Source of the DNA: Candidatus Multivoradales bacterium
GTDB taxonomy: Bacteria > Acidobacteriota > Thermoanaerobaculia > Multivoradales > JAHEKO01
Assembly (NCBI GenBank): GCA_965248055.1
Contig: CBDFIJ010000004.1
Span: 1,280,001-1,344,000 of the forward strand
DNA length: 64,000 nt
Reading direction: 5' to 3'
A program made the position numbers and the translations under genes. Of the stretch, positions 56,520-64,000 are shown in pieces. Under the pieces are notes generated by a model. That model saw only the letters and a program-made list of their open reading frames with translations, did no database searches and had not been told where the DNA came from. The first letter of the stretch is position 1; each line of letters begins with the position of its first letter.

Positions 56520-59500
56520 ATGGCAGATCGATCCTTTCCCAAGGCCCGAGCAGGCTATCCGTTCCCCGAGTTAGAGGCCGAGGTACTCGAATTCTGGCAA
56601 CACGAGAAGATCTTCCAGCGTTCGGTGGAACGCAATGCCGGAGGGCCTTCCTACGTGTTCTACGAAGGCCCGCCAACCGCCAACAACGTCCCCCATGTCG
56701 GCCATGTGGTGACCCGAGTGGTGAAAGATCTGTTCCCCCGCTATCGCACCATGCAAGGTGACCAGGTGCTACGCAAAGCCGGTTGGGACACCCATGGCCT
56801 ACCGGTCGAAATCGAAGTCGAGAAAGCACTCGGATTCTCAGGCAAGGAACAGATCGAAGCCTTTGGCATTGCTGAGTTCAACGCCCGTTGCTTTGACAGC
56901 GTCCAGACCTACGAGCGCCAATGGCGAGCGATGAGTGAGCGGGTCGGCTATTGGACCGATTTCGATAACCCCTACCTCACCTACAGCAACCAATACATCG
57001 AGTCGGTTTGGTCGTCGCTGCGGGCCTTGTGGGACAAGGGACTGCTTTCCGAGGGATACAAGATTCAACCGTATTGCGCGCGTTGCGGTACCACTTTGTC
57101 GAGCCATGAAGTGGCGCAGAACTACCAAGAGACCGACGATCCCTCAGTCTGGGTGCTGTTCCCGCTGCGCCAAGGACAGAGTGTCGAGGTAGATGGCCGA
57201 CCCGTGGCGCTAGCGGAAGCGCTGCATTTGGTGGCTTGGACCACCACCCCATGGACGCTTACCGGTCACACTGGGTTGGCGGTGAACACTGGGCTCAACT
57301 ACAAGGTGGTTGCCGATCCAGCCGGGGATGATCGGCAGTTTCTGATCGGCGATCAACTCGAGACGCCAATCCCCTACTCCTATGACCTAGACGGCGAACG
57401 GGTTCAAGTTGACTTGGGGCAGCAAGACGCGTTGATGACGATTCGCGGATCTGAGCTTGCGGGTCTGCGCTACGACCGACCCTTTGCAACGCCGTTTGAT
57501 CCCTCTGAGCAGCCAGGATTCGACCCCTCCCCCAACGACCAGGATGGCTGGGTGGTGTTCACCGCCGACTATGTGACCCGTTCGGAAGGGACCGGAATCG
57601 TCCACACCGCCCCTGCCTACGGTGCTGACGACTACCAGTCGGGTACTCGCTATGGCCTGCCCTTCGCGCTCACCGTCGACGGTGAAGGCAAAATGATGGA
57701 TCTCACCGGCATGAAGTCGGTGGCCGGGATGTGGTTCAAGGACGCCGACAAGATCCTTAAACAGGAGCTCAAAGAGCGCGGCCTGCTACTGGCCTCGGCG
57801 ACCTATCGCCACAATTACCCGTTTTGTTGGCGTTGCGATACTCCGCTGCTGTACTACGCATCGAAGTCTTGGTTCGTGCTCACCACCCAGCGCGCTAAAC
57901 AACTAGTCAAACTCAATAAGACCATCGGCTGGCGTCCGGCGCACGTCGGCGAAGGGCGTTTCGGCAACTGGCTGGAAAATGTAGTCGATTGGGCCCTGTC
58001 TCGTAAACGCTACTGGGGCACCCCGTTGCCCGTATGGACCTGCAATCGCTGCGACCATGTCGACGTCGTCGGTAGCTTTCAGGATCTATTCCGCTTAGCC
58101 GAAATCAAAACCCCAGACGATCTTCATGACCGTGAGCAATTCGATCCACATCGACCGTTTGTCGATCGCTACGGCGACGGCAATCGATTCGTCTGGGCTT
58201 GTCCAGATTGCCATGAAGGTACCGTCGGCCGAGTCGATGATGTGATCGACGCTTGGTACGACTCGGGGTCGATGCCCTTTGCTCAGCACCACTACTTGCC
58301 ACATCTGGGCGGCGATCAAGGCAAGGGATTTGACCCCACCACTGGAGTCGGCTTCCCGGCTGACTTCATCTCGGAAGCGATCGATCAAACCCGTGGATGG
58401 TTCTACACATTGCATGCGCTAGGTACGCTGTTGTTCGACTCGGTCGCCTACCGCAACTGTGTGGTCCTTGGCCATGTCAACGATGAGACCGGTCGCAAAA
58501 TGTCCAAACGTTTGGGCAATGTGGTCGAACCGATGCAGGTGATCGAGAAAACTGGTGCCGACGCCATCCGCTGGTATTTTTGTGTCAATAACCCAACGGT
58601 CAATTCGCGTTTTTCCGAGCGCTTGGTGCGCGAAGCAGCACAGAAGTTCTTATTGCCATTGTGGAATGCAGTGTCGTTCTTCTCGATCTACGCCAATCTC
58701 GACCAGTGGCATCCAGACAACAAGCGGGAGGGCACGCCCTCGACCTTGGATGATTGGATTCTGTCGCGACTCCAGCGTCTCTTGACCGAGACCTCGGGGT
58801 ATCTCGATAACTATCGAGTCGCAGAAGCCGCGCGTGGGGTAGAGACATTCCTGGATGAACTGACCAACTGGTACATCCGCCGCAGCCGCAAACGATTCTG
58901 GGCCGGGGACAGTGCTATTGCGGGAGAGGCTGCAACGGGCGAAACAGCAGCCCTAGACGGGGCCGACAAAGAGGCCGCCTACCAGACTCTCTACCGAGTT
59001 CTGACCACCTTGGCCCATGTGGTCGCGCCGTTTACCCCTTTTGTCGCCGAAGTGCTGCACCGAAACTTGATTCGCAGCCAGCGTGACGACTGTGCCGACA
59101 GCGTCCATCTTGAATCTTGGCCGCAACACGATCCGACGGAGCGCAACGACGATTTGGAACTGGCGATCGGCGATCTACAACGGATCGTCCGCCTCGGTCA
59201 TGCTGCGCGCAACAGCCACGGACTCAAAACCCGCCAGCCACTGCGTTCGGTGACTGTGATCGCCGCGGAGAGCCAGATGGAAGCACGGGTGGCTCCGTAT
59301 GTTGACCTGTTGTGCGAAGAACTCAACGTCAGCGAGGTTTCCTGGGCCGAAGACCGATCGAAGTTTGTCGAACACCAGATCCGCCCCAATTTCCCCAAGC
59401 TTGGCCCGCGCCTGGGCAAGAACATGCCGATGCTCAAGAAAGCACTGGAAGCCGCAGACGGCGATCAGCTCGCGCAGCAACTGGAGCGGGATGGAGAGAT

Positions 59501-59903
59501 TTCGGTCGCCGTCGCGGACCAGACCCTGATTCTGAGCAACGAAGAGGTTGAAGTGGTGCTCAACGAGCGTGAAGGCATTGCTACCGAAGGCGACCGGGAG
59601 TTATTGGTGGTGCTGGACAGCGACCTGGATCAGGGATTGGTAGACGCCGGACGCGCTCGCGAGGTGGTCCATCGCCTGCAAACCGTGCGCAAGAACATGG
59701 ACCTGGAGTACGCCGACCGCATCGTCGTTGCCTACTCTGCAGACGCGGAGCTGGAGCGTGCCATCGACGCCCATCGCGATTGGATCGCCGGCGAGACTTT
59801 GACCGTCTCCTGGACCGACGATCCAGGACCGGAGGCAGTCCTAGAACCGGTTGACGAACTGGAATTTCGCTTCGCCATTCGGCGACAAACTGTAATCAAT
59901 TGA
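56520..59903 (+). CDS. ileS: Isoleucine-tRNA ligase, type 2 (IleRS2)
   Basis: EGPPTAN..PHVGH, GWDTHGLPVE, WTTTPWTL, DWALSRKRYWGTP, DQTRGWFY, KMSKR, long C-terminal extension. Confidence 0.95.
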   Translation: MADRSFPKARAGYPFPELEAEVLEFWQHEKIFQRSVERNAGGPSYVFYEGPPTANNVPHVGHVVTRVVKDLFPRYRTMQGDQVLRKAGWDTHGLPVEIEVEKALGFSGKEQIEAFGIAEFNARCFDSVQTYERQWRAMSERVGYWTDFDNPYLTYSNQYIESVWSSLRALWDKGLLSEGYKIQPYCARCGTTLSSHEVAQNYQETDDPSVWVLFPLRQGQSVEVDGRPVALAEALHLVAWTTTPWTLTGHTGLAVNTGLNYKVVADPAGDDRQFLIGDQLETPIPYSYDLDGERVQVDLGQQDALMTIRGSELAGLRYDRPFATPFDPSEQPGFDPSPNDQDGWVVFTADYVTRSEGTGIVHTAPAYGADDYQSGTRYGLPFALTVDGEGKMMDLTGMKSVAGMWFKDADKILKQELKERGLLLASATYRHNYPFCWRCDTPLLYYASKSWFVLTTQRAKQLVKLNKTIGWRPAHVGEGRFGNWLENVVDWALSRKRYWGTPLPVWTCNRCDHVDVVGSFQDLFRLAEIKTPDDLHDREQFDPHRPFVDRYGDGNRFVWACPDCHEGTVGRVDDVIDAWYDSGSMPFAQHHYLPHLGGDQGKGFDPTTGVGFPADFISEAIDQTRGWFYTLHALGTLLFDSVAYRNCVVLGHVNDETGRKMSKRLGNVVEPMQVIEKTGADAIRWYFCVNNPTVNSRFSERLVREAAQKFLLPLWNAVSFFSIYANLDQWHPDNKREGTPSTLDDWILSRLQRLLTETSGYLDNYRVAEAARGVETFLDELTNWYIRRSRKRFWAGDSAIAGEAATGETAALDGADKEAAYQTLYRVLTTLAHVVAPFTPFVAEVLHRNLIRSQRDDCADSVHLESWPQHDPTERNDDLELAIGDLQRIVRLGHAARNSHGLKTRQPLRSVTVIAAESQMEARVAPYVDLLCEELNVSEVSWAEDRSKFVEHQIRPNFPKLGPRLGKNMPMLKKALEAADGDQLAQQLERDGEISVAVADQTLILSNEEVEVVLNEREGIATEGDRELLVVLDSDLDQGLVDAGRAREVVHRLQTVRKNMDLEYADRIVVAYSADAELERAIDAHRDWIAGETLTVSWTDDPGPEAVLEPVDELEFRFAIRRQTVIN

Positions 59904-59931
59904 CGATACATTTATCCCGAGGAGAAGCTTG

Positions 59932-61299
59932 ATGGCTGGAATTTACAAAGCCTACGATGTTCGCGGACTCTATCCGGAGCAACTGAACGAAGAGATCGCC
60001 CGCGACATTGGCCGCGCTTTTCCGAAGGTGTTGGATGAAGCGGACCGGGCCAAGGGACTGACGGTGGTAGTGAGTCGCGACATGCGCACCCACAGTGAAC
60101 CGCTAACCGCTGCGCTAATCGAAGGCCTGACAACCGCCGGACTCAAGGTCATCGACATTGGCATGGCCACCACGCCGATGAACTACTTCGCCGTTGGCTA
60201 TCTTGATACTTCGGCCGGGATTCAGGTCACCGCTAGCCATAATCCAGCCGAGTACAACGGGCTCAAATTCTCGCGCCGTGGAGCGCGGCCGGTATCTGGT
60301 GACCACGGCATCCCGTTGCTGGAGAAAACTGTCGCTTCGCAGCAGTTTCCCTTGTCGCCAGGAAACGGGTCGGTCGCGGAGGCCTCGGTATTTGAGGCCT
60401 ACTCCACCTGGGCGCTGTCCTTCGTCGATCAGGGCGTCGCCGGTGACGGCGACCGCAAACCACTCAAAGTGGTGGTCGATGCGGCCAACGGCATGGGGGT
60501 CATCTATCGACCCATCCTAGAGAAACTGGGGATCGAGATGATCCCGCTTTACTTTGAACTCGACGGCTCCTTTCCCAATCACGAAGCCAACCCTCTGAAA
60601 CTAGAAAACCTGGCCGACCTCTCGGCCTTGGTCCTTGAGACCGGGGCCGACTTAGGGATCTGTTTCGACGGCGACGCGGATCGAGCTGCCTTCGTCGACG
60701 AAACCGGTGAGCCGATCGGCAGTGACCTGATCACCGCCCTAATCGCTGGCGAGTTATTGGCCTCTGACCCCGGCAAGCACGTGCTCTATGACCTGCGATC
60801 GTCGCGCGCGGTGGCCGAATACATTGAAGAGAAAGGCGGCGTCCCGGTACGCGAGCGCGTCGGCCACTCCTTCATGAAAGCCACTCTGCGCGCGGTGCAA
60901 GGGCTATGCGGCGGCGAACTGGCCGGTCACTACTACTTTCGTGACGCCAACCACGCAGACTCCTCCATCCTCGCAGTGATCGAAATCCTCAATTTGCTGC
61001 GTCGTCGCGGCGAGTCGATGGCCACCATCGTCGCGCCGCTGCTGCGCTACGCCAAAAGCCCGGAAATCAACTTCGAGGTCGAAGACAAACAAGGCAAGAT
61101 CGACGAACTGGCCGCCGAATACGCTGACGCCGAAATCGACTTCCTCGACGGCATCACCTGTGCCTATGACGATTGGTGGTTCAACGTCCGCCCGTCGAAT
61201 ACTGAGCCGTATTTGCGGTTGGTTTTGGAAGCGAAAGATGATGAGGTTCTAGAGGAAAAGACTCGCGAACTGTGGAAGATACTAGGTGTCCCTGTCTAA
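59932..61299 (+). CDS. Phosphomannomutase/phosphoglucomutase
   Basis: KAYDVRG, TASHNP, FDGDADR, GELAGHY, RPSNTEP. Confidence 0.92.
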   Translation: MAGIYKAYDVRGLYPEQLNEEIARDIGRAFPKVLDEADRAKGLTVVVSRDMRTHSEPLTAALIEGLTTAGLKVIDIGMATTPMNYFAVGYLDTSAGIQVTASHNPAEYNGLKFSRRGARPVSGDHGIPLLEKTVASQQFPLSPGNGSVAEASVFEAYSTWALSFVDQGVAGDGDRKPLKVVVDAANGMGVIYRPILEKLGIEMIPLYFELDGSFPNHEANPLKLENLADLSALVLETGADLGICFDGDADRAAFVDETGEPIGSDLITALIAGELLASDPGKHVLYDLRSSRAVAEYIEEKGGVPVRERVGHSFMKATLRAVQGLCGGELAGHYYFRDANHADSSILAVIEILNLLRRRGESMATIVAPLLRYAKSPEINFEVEDKQGKIDELAAEYADAEIDFLDGITCAYDDWWFNVRPSNTEPYLRLVLEAKDDEVLEEKTRELWKILGVPV

Positions 61300-61532
61300 C
61301 TAGTAACGAGCGTCTTTCAGATCTTGGGAGCTGCTAGCATCCGCAGTGATGGAACTCGCGGTGTTGAAGTTCGCAAATAGGATCGCCGTTTCGTATTCGT
61401 GTATGTACAGTTAGTGACCAAGATACTGCGGTCCCCAAACCTCAGACAAAAACTTGTCGGAAAATATGATCTCCAGTAATCGGCAGACCTGAGTAGCGAA
61501 CATGTGGAGATATCCTCTTTGGCAGCAAGAAA

Positions 61533-63074
61533 ATGGCACCGCAAAGCGTCTCTTACTTTGAGATGAATAATTACGACAACAGTATCCGCTCGAAATTGAG
61601 CCGATTGCGTGCTGGTGGCGCACCTAGAGTTTTGGATCTCTTCGCTGGGGCTGGGGGTCTGTCGCTTGGTTTTCACCGCGCGGGCTGTGCAAGCCTGGGA
61701 GCGGTTGAGATCGACAAGCATGCTGCTCATACCTATGCGCGGAACTTCCACTACGCCGACCAAGAAAAACACAGTAAACCCCACGACATTACCACCTTAG
61801 ACCCCGAAGCATTCGTCGCGGAGATTTGTGACTCAAAACCCCATGATGCTGTTGATTTCTTAATCGGGGGCCCTCCATGTCCAGCTTTCACCCGAGTCGG
61901 TAGAGCAAAACTCCGAGAAGTGCAAGCCCACTCAGAGGCCTTCAAACGCGATCCTAGGGCGATGCTATACGTCCCTTTCCTCCGATTCGCCGAACGTCTG
62001 CGGCCAGTCGCGCTCCTAATGGAGAACGTGCCCGACTTTTTGAACTGGGGAGGGCACAATCTCGGCGAAGAAGTATGTGATGTCCTTGAAGACCTTGGTT
62101 ACCGATGCGCCTATACATTGCTAAACGCCGCGAACTATGGCGTTCCTCAGATGCGGGAACGGTTCTACCTTGTGGCCATCAACCGACTAGCCAATGTGGA
62201 ACCGAGTTTCCCAATCCCTATCTGCGCCGTTGATTTTCCCCCGGGGTACAAGAGCAGTCGCGAAGTAGCACTCAAGGCGACCCCGATTCCCAGCCTCTTT
62301 GGAGTCAAGACGCGATTTGTACCAACACCAAGCGCCCATGAGTGTACTCGCGGACCAACGACTGTGCTCGATGCGATTGGTGATTTGCCTGCGATAACGG
62401 GGCATCTAGACGGCACAATTCGACGCGGTGCCCGAAGGTTTGACAAGCCAATCGAGCATAAACGCCCAGAAAGAAATTCGGAATACGCAGAAGCAATGCA
62501 ACGATGGCCTGCTTTTGAGGCCGATGGTATCCTTTTAGATCACGTCATCAGATCATTGAGCGAGCGCGACTATCGGCTGTTTCGGTTGATGAAACCAGGG
62601 GACGACTACCCAGCTGCCCATCAGCTCGCATTATCACTATTCAAACAAGCCGCAGAGAGTAACGGACGACCTGCGAAATCAACCCAGAATTACAGGTCGT
62701 TACTTAAGTCATACGTACCTCCCTACGATCCATCAAAATTCCCTAATCGATGGCGAAAAATGGACCCTTTGCAGCCAGCTAGAACGCTGATGGCTCATCT
62801 TGGGAAGGACTCCTATACGCACATCCACTACGACTCCAGCCAAGCCAGGGTTCTTTCAGTGCGTGAAGCTGCTCGGCTCCAATCCTTCCCAGACGGGTTC
62901 GCTTTTTCGGGAACGATGAACCCTGCATTCCGACAGATTGGGAATGCTGTTCCACCGGTCATGGCGGCATTTATTGCCGCAAACATACAGAGAACATTAG
63001 GACTCACGTCAGAATTCTTGTCACCATTTCAACCATCAGTAGACCATTTGTCTGCAATTGGAGTCGCGAAGTGA
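61533..63074 (+). CDS. dcm: DNA (cytosine-5) methyltransferase
   Basis: DLFAGAGG, GGPPC, MENV, YGVPQMRER, REAARLQSFPD, QIGNAVPP. Confidence 0.93.
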   Translation: MAPQSVSYFEMNNYDNSIRSKLSRLRAGGAPRVLDLFAGAGGLSLGFHRAGCASLGAVEIDKHAAHTYARNFHYADQEKHSKPHDITTLDPEAFVAEICDSKPHDAVDFLIGGPPCPAFTRVGRAKLREVQAHSEAFKRDPRAMLYVPFLRFAERLRPVALLMENVPDFLNWGGHNLGEEVCDVLEDLGYRCAYTLLNAANYGVPQMRERFYLVAINRLANVEPSFPIPICAVDFPPGYKSSREVALKATPIPSLFGVKTRFVPTPSAHECTRGPTTVLDAIGDLPAITGHLDGTIRRGARRFDKPIEHKRPERNSEYAEAMQRWPAFEADGILLDHVIRSLSERDYRLFRLMKPGDDYPAAHQLALSLFKQAAESNGRPAKSTQNYRSLLKSYVPPYDPSKFPNRWRKMDPLQPARTLMAHLGKDSYTHIHYDSSQARVLSVREAARLQSFPDGFAFSGTMNPAFRQIGNAVPPVMAAFIAANIQRTLGLTSEFLSPFQPSVDHLSAIGVAK

Positions 63075-64000
63075 TTCGACGTATTGCTGTGAAGCGCCTG
63101 ACGCCGAGTGACCTTACGTTCTTCGAGTGGCAATTCAGGAACAACCCAGCCGGAAATCAAAAGTCCATCAATCTCAATGCGGACGTTTTTGCGAATCAAC
63201 TCTATCCGGGTTTGGCCAATTCCGTGTTGAGGACGAGCGGCCGACTACCCATCACCCTGAAGCTATACGGCCCAGGAGGACTTGGACTCCTGAGTCTTCA
63301 GCGGAAAATCATCAAAGGCAACGCGTACAAAAATTGGCGGCTAAACGGCGAGTTCGTCCACAACCCCGAAGAGGCACCCGACCGTTTCAACAGGCTCGAA
63401 GCAGGAGACTTCGTGGTTCTAGAGTTCCATGGAGAGCCTCACCCGGAAACCATTCAATCATTTTTCATAGCGAAAAACGCCAGAGGTGATCGAAAGCTAC
63501 ACGAGTACCTAGCAGTTGGTCTTGGGGAACGCTCGATGTTGAGATTGTCGCCAAGTCAGCTCCAAAGCATCGTTCACAACGCCGCCCCTCCATCCGAGCA
63601 CCCAATTAGGCTACTGCTACTCGAGGAAACAATCGACAACGCTGCAATGGGTGACGCAGAAGCAACTGGGCAACTACAGCGCGAAGCCGTACTCCGCCAG
63701 ATCTCGCGAGAGGACCTCCGCCAAGCCAAAGCAAGAGCGGAAGATATTGGCTTGCTAGGGGAACTCCATGTAAACGGGTATCTGGAGGAGCTCTTTTCCA
63801 AAGGGTGCTTGAAATCTGTTCAGTGGACAGCCGTAGATTACGCAGTCGCCCCTTATGATTTCGAGGTTGTAGAAGAAGATGTTGTTCGAATCGAGGTCAA
63901 AACTACGACTGGACCTTTTGATAGACGAATCCACATCTCGGCGGCTGAACTAGCAACGATGGCAGCAAATGACCCTCCTTGCGAGCTATATCGTGTCTAC
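63071..64000 (+). CDS. Putative restriction endonuclease: EcoRII-N/B3-like N-terminus plus DUF3883-like PD-(D/E)xK domain; runs off the window, absent from the ORF track
   Basis: GTG overlapping the dcm stop opens 310 stop-free codons: MIRRIAVKRLTPSDL...GNQKSINL...IG..GE..V...PYDF...RIEVKTT.G....IHIS..E. Confidence 0.8.
   Translation, partial: MIRRIAVKRLTPSDLTFFEWQFRNNPAGNQKSINLNADVFANQLYPGLANSVLRTSGRLPITLKLYGPGGLGLLSLQRKIIKGNAYKNWRLNGEFVHNPEEAPDRFNRLEAGDFVVLEFHGEPHPETIQSFFIAKNARGDRKLHEYLAVGLGERSMLRLSPSQLQSIVHNAAPPSEHPIRLLLLEETIDNAAMGDAEATGQLQREAVLRQISREDLRQAKARAEDIGLLGELHVNGYLEELFSKGCLKSVQWTAVDYAVAPYDFEVVEEDVVRIEVKTTTGPFDRRIHISAAELATMAANDPPCELYRVY

Noticed and set aside
56520-59903. IleRS2 as an acquired mupirocin-resistance gene
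   Set aside because: It sits among housekeeping genes with normal composition and a canonical HVGH motif; likely the native enzyme.
279-63801. Numerous 60-235 aa antisense or alternate-frame ORFs in the track
   Set aside because: They overlap well-supported genes and have the Arg/Pro/Ser-rich composition of GC-rich shadow ORFs.

Overview
GC-rich Gram-negative bacterial chromosome segment, probably Acidobacteriota (Thermoanaerobaculia-like; inferred from gene content only). From left to right: cfa, a long UbiD decarboxylase, modABC, and a five-gene mevalonate operon (fni, class I hmgA, mvk, phosphomevalonate decarboxylase-like, isopentenyl phosphate kinase) matching the haloarchaeal/Chloroflexi route. 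At 13.4-24.0 kb is an accessory island bracketed by two direct vapBC copies. It holds one intact HUH/Y1 (RAYT-like) transposase, three fragments of it and five copies of a ~20-30 bp motif that separate unrelated cargo genes, two of them pseudogenised. A purine catabolism cluster (28-43.5 kb) has a cytochrome-less PuuD, an allantoicase-OHCU decarboxylase fusion and a malate-synthase-like enzyme. It is interrupted by an insert encoding a secreted Cys/His/Tyr-rich mini-peptide with a HGDHFH motif plus a probable beta-propeller partner. Housekeeping genes follow (ada, udk, mutM, holA, lapB, dksA, rlmH, ileS type 2, PMM/PGM). The window ends in a cytosine methyltransferase plus a DUF3883-like nuclease that the ORF track missed. 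No tRNA, rRNA or CRISPR array was recognised. All calls come from motif recognition by eye; no searches were run.
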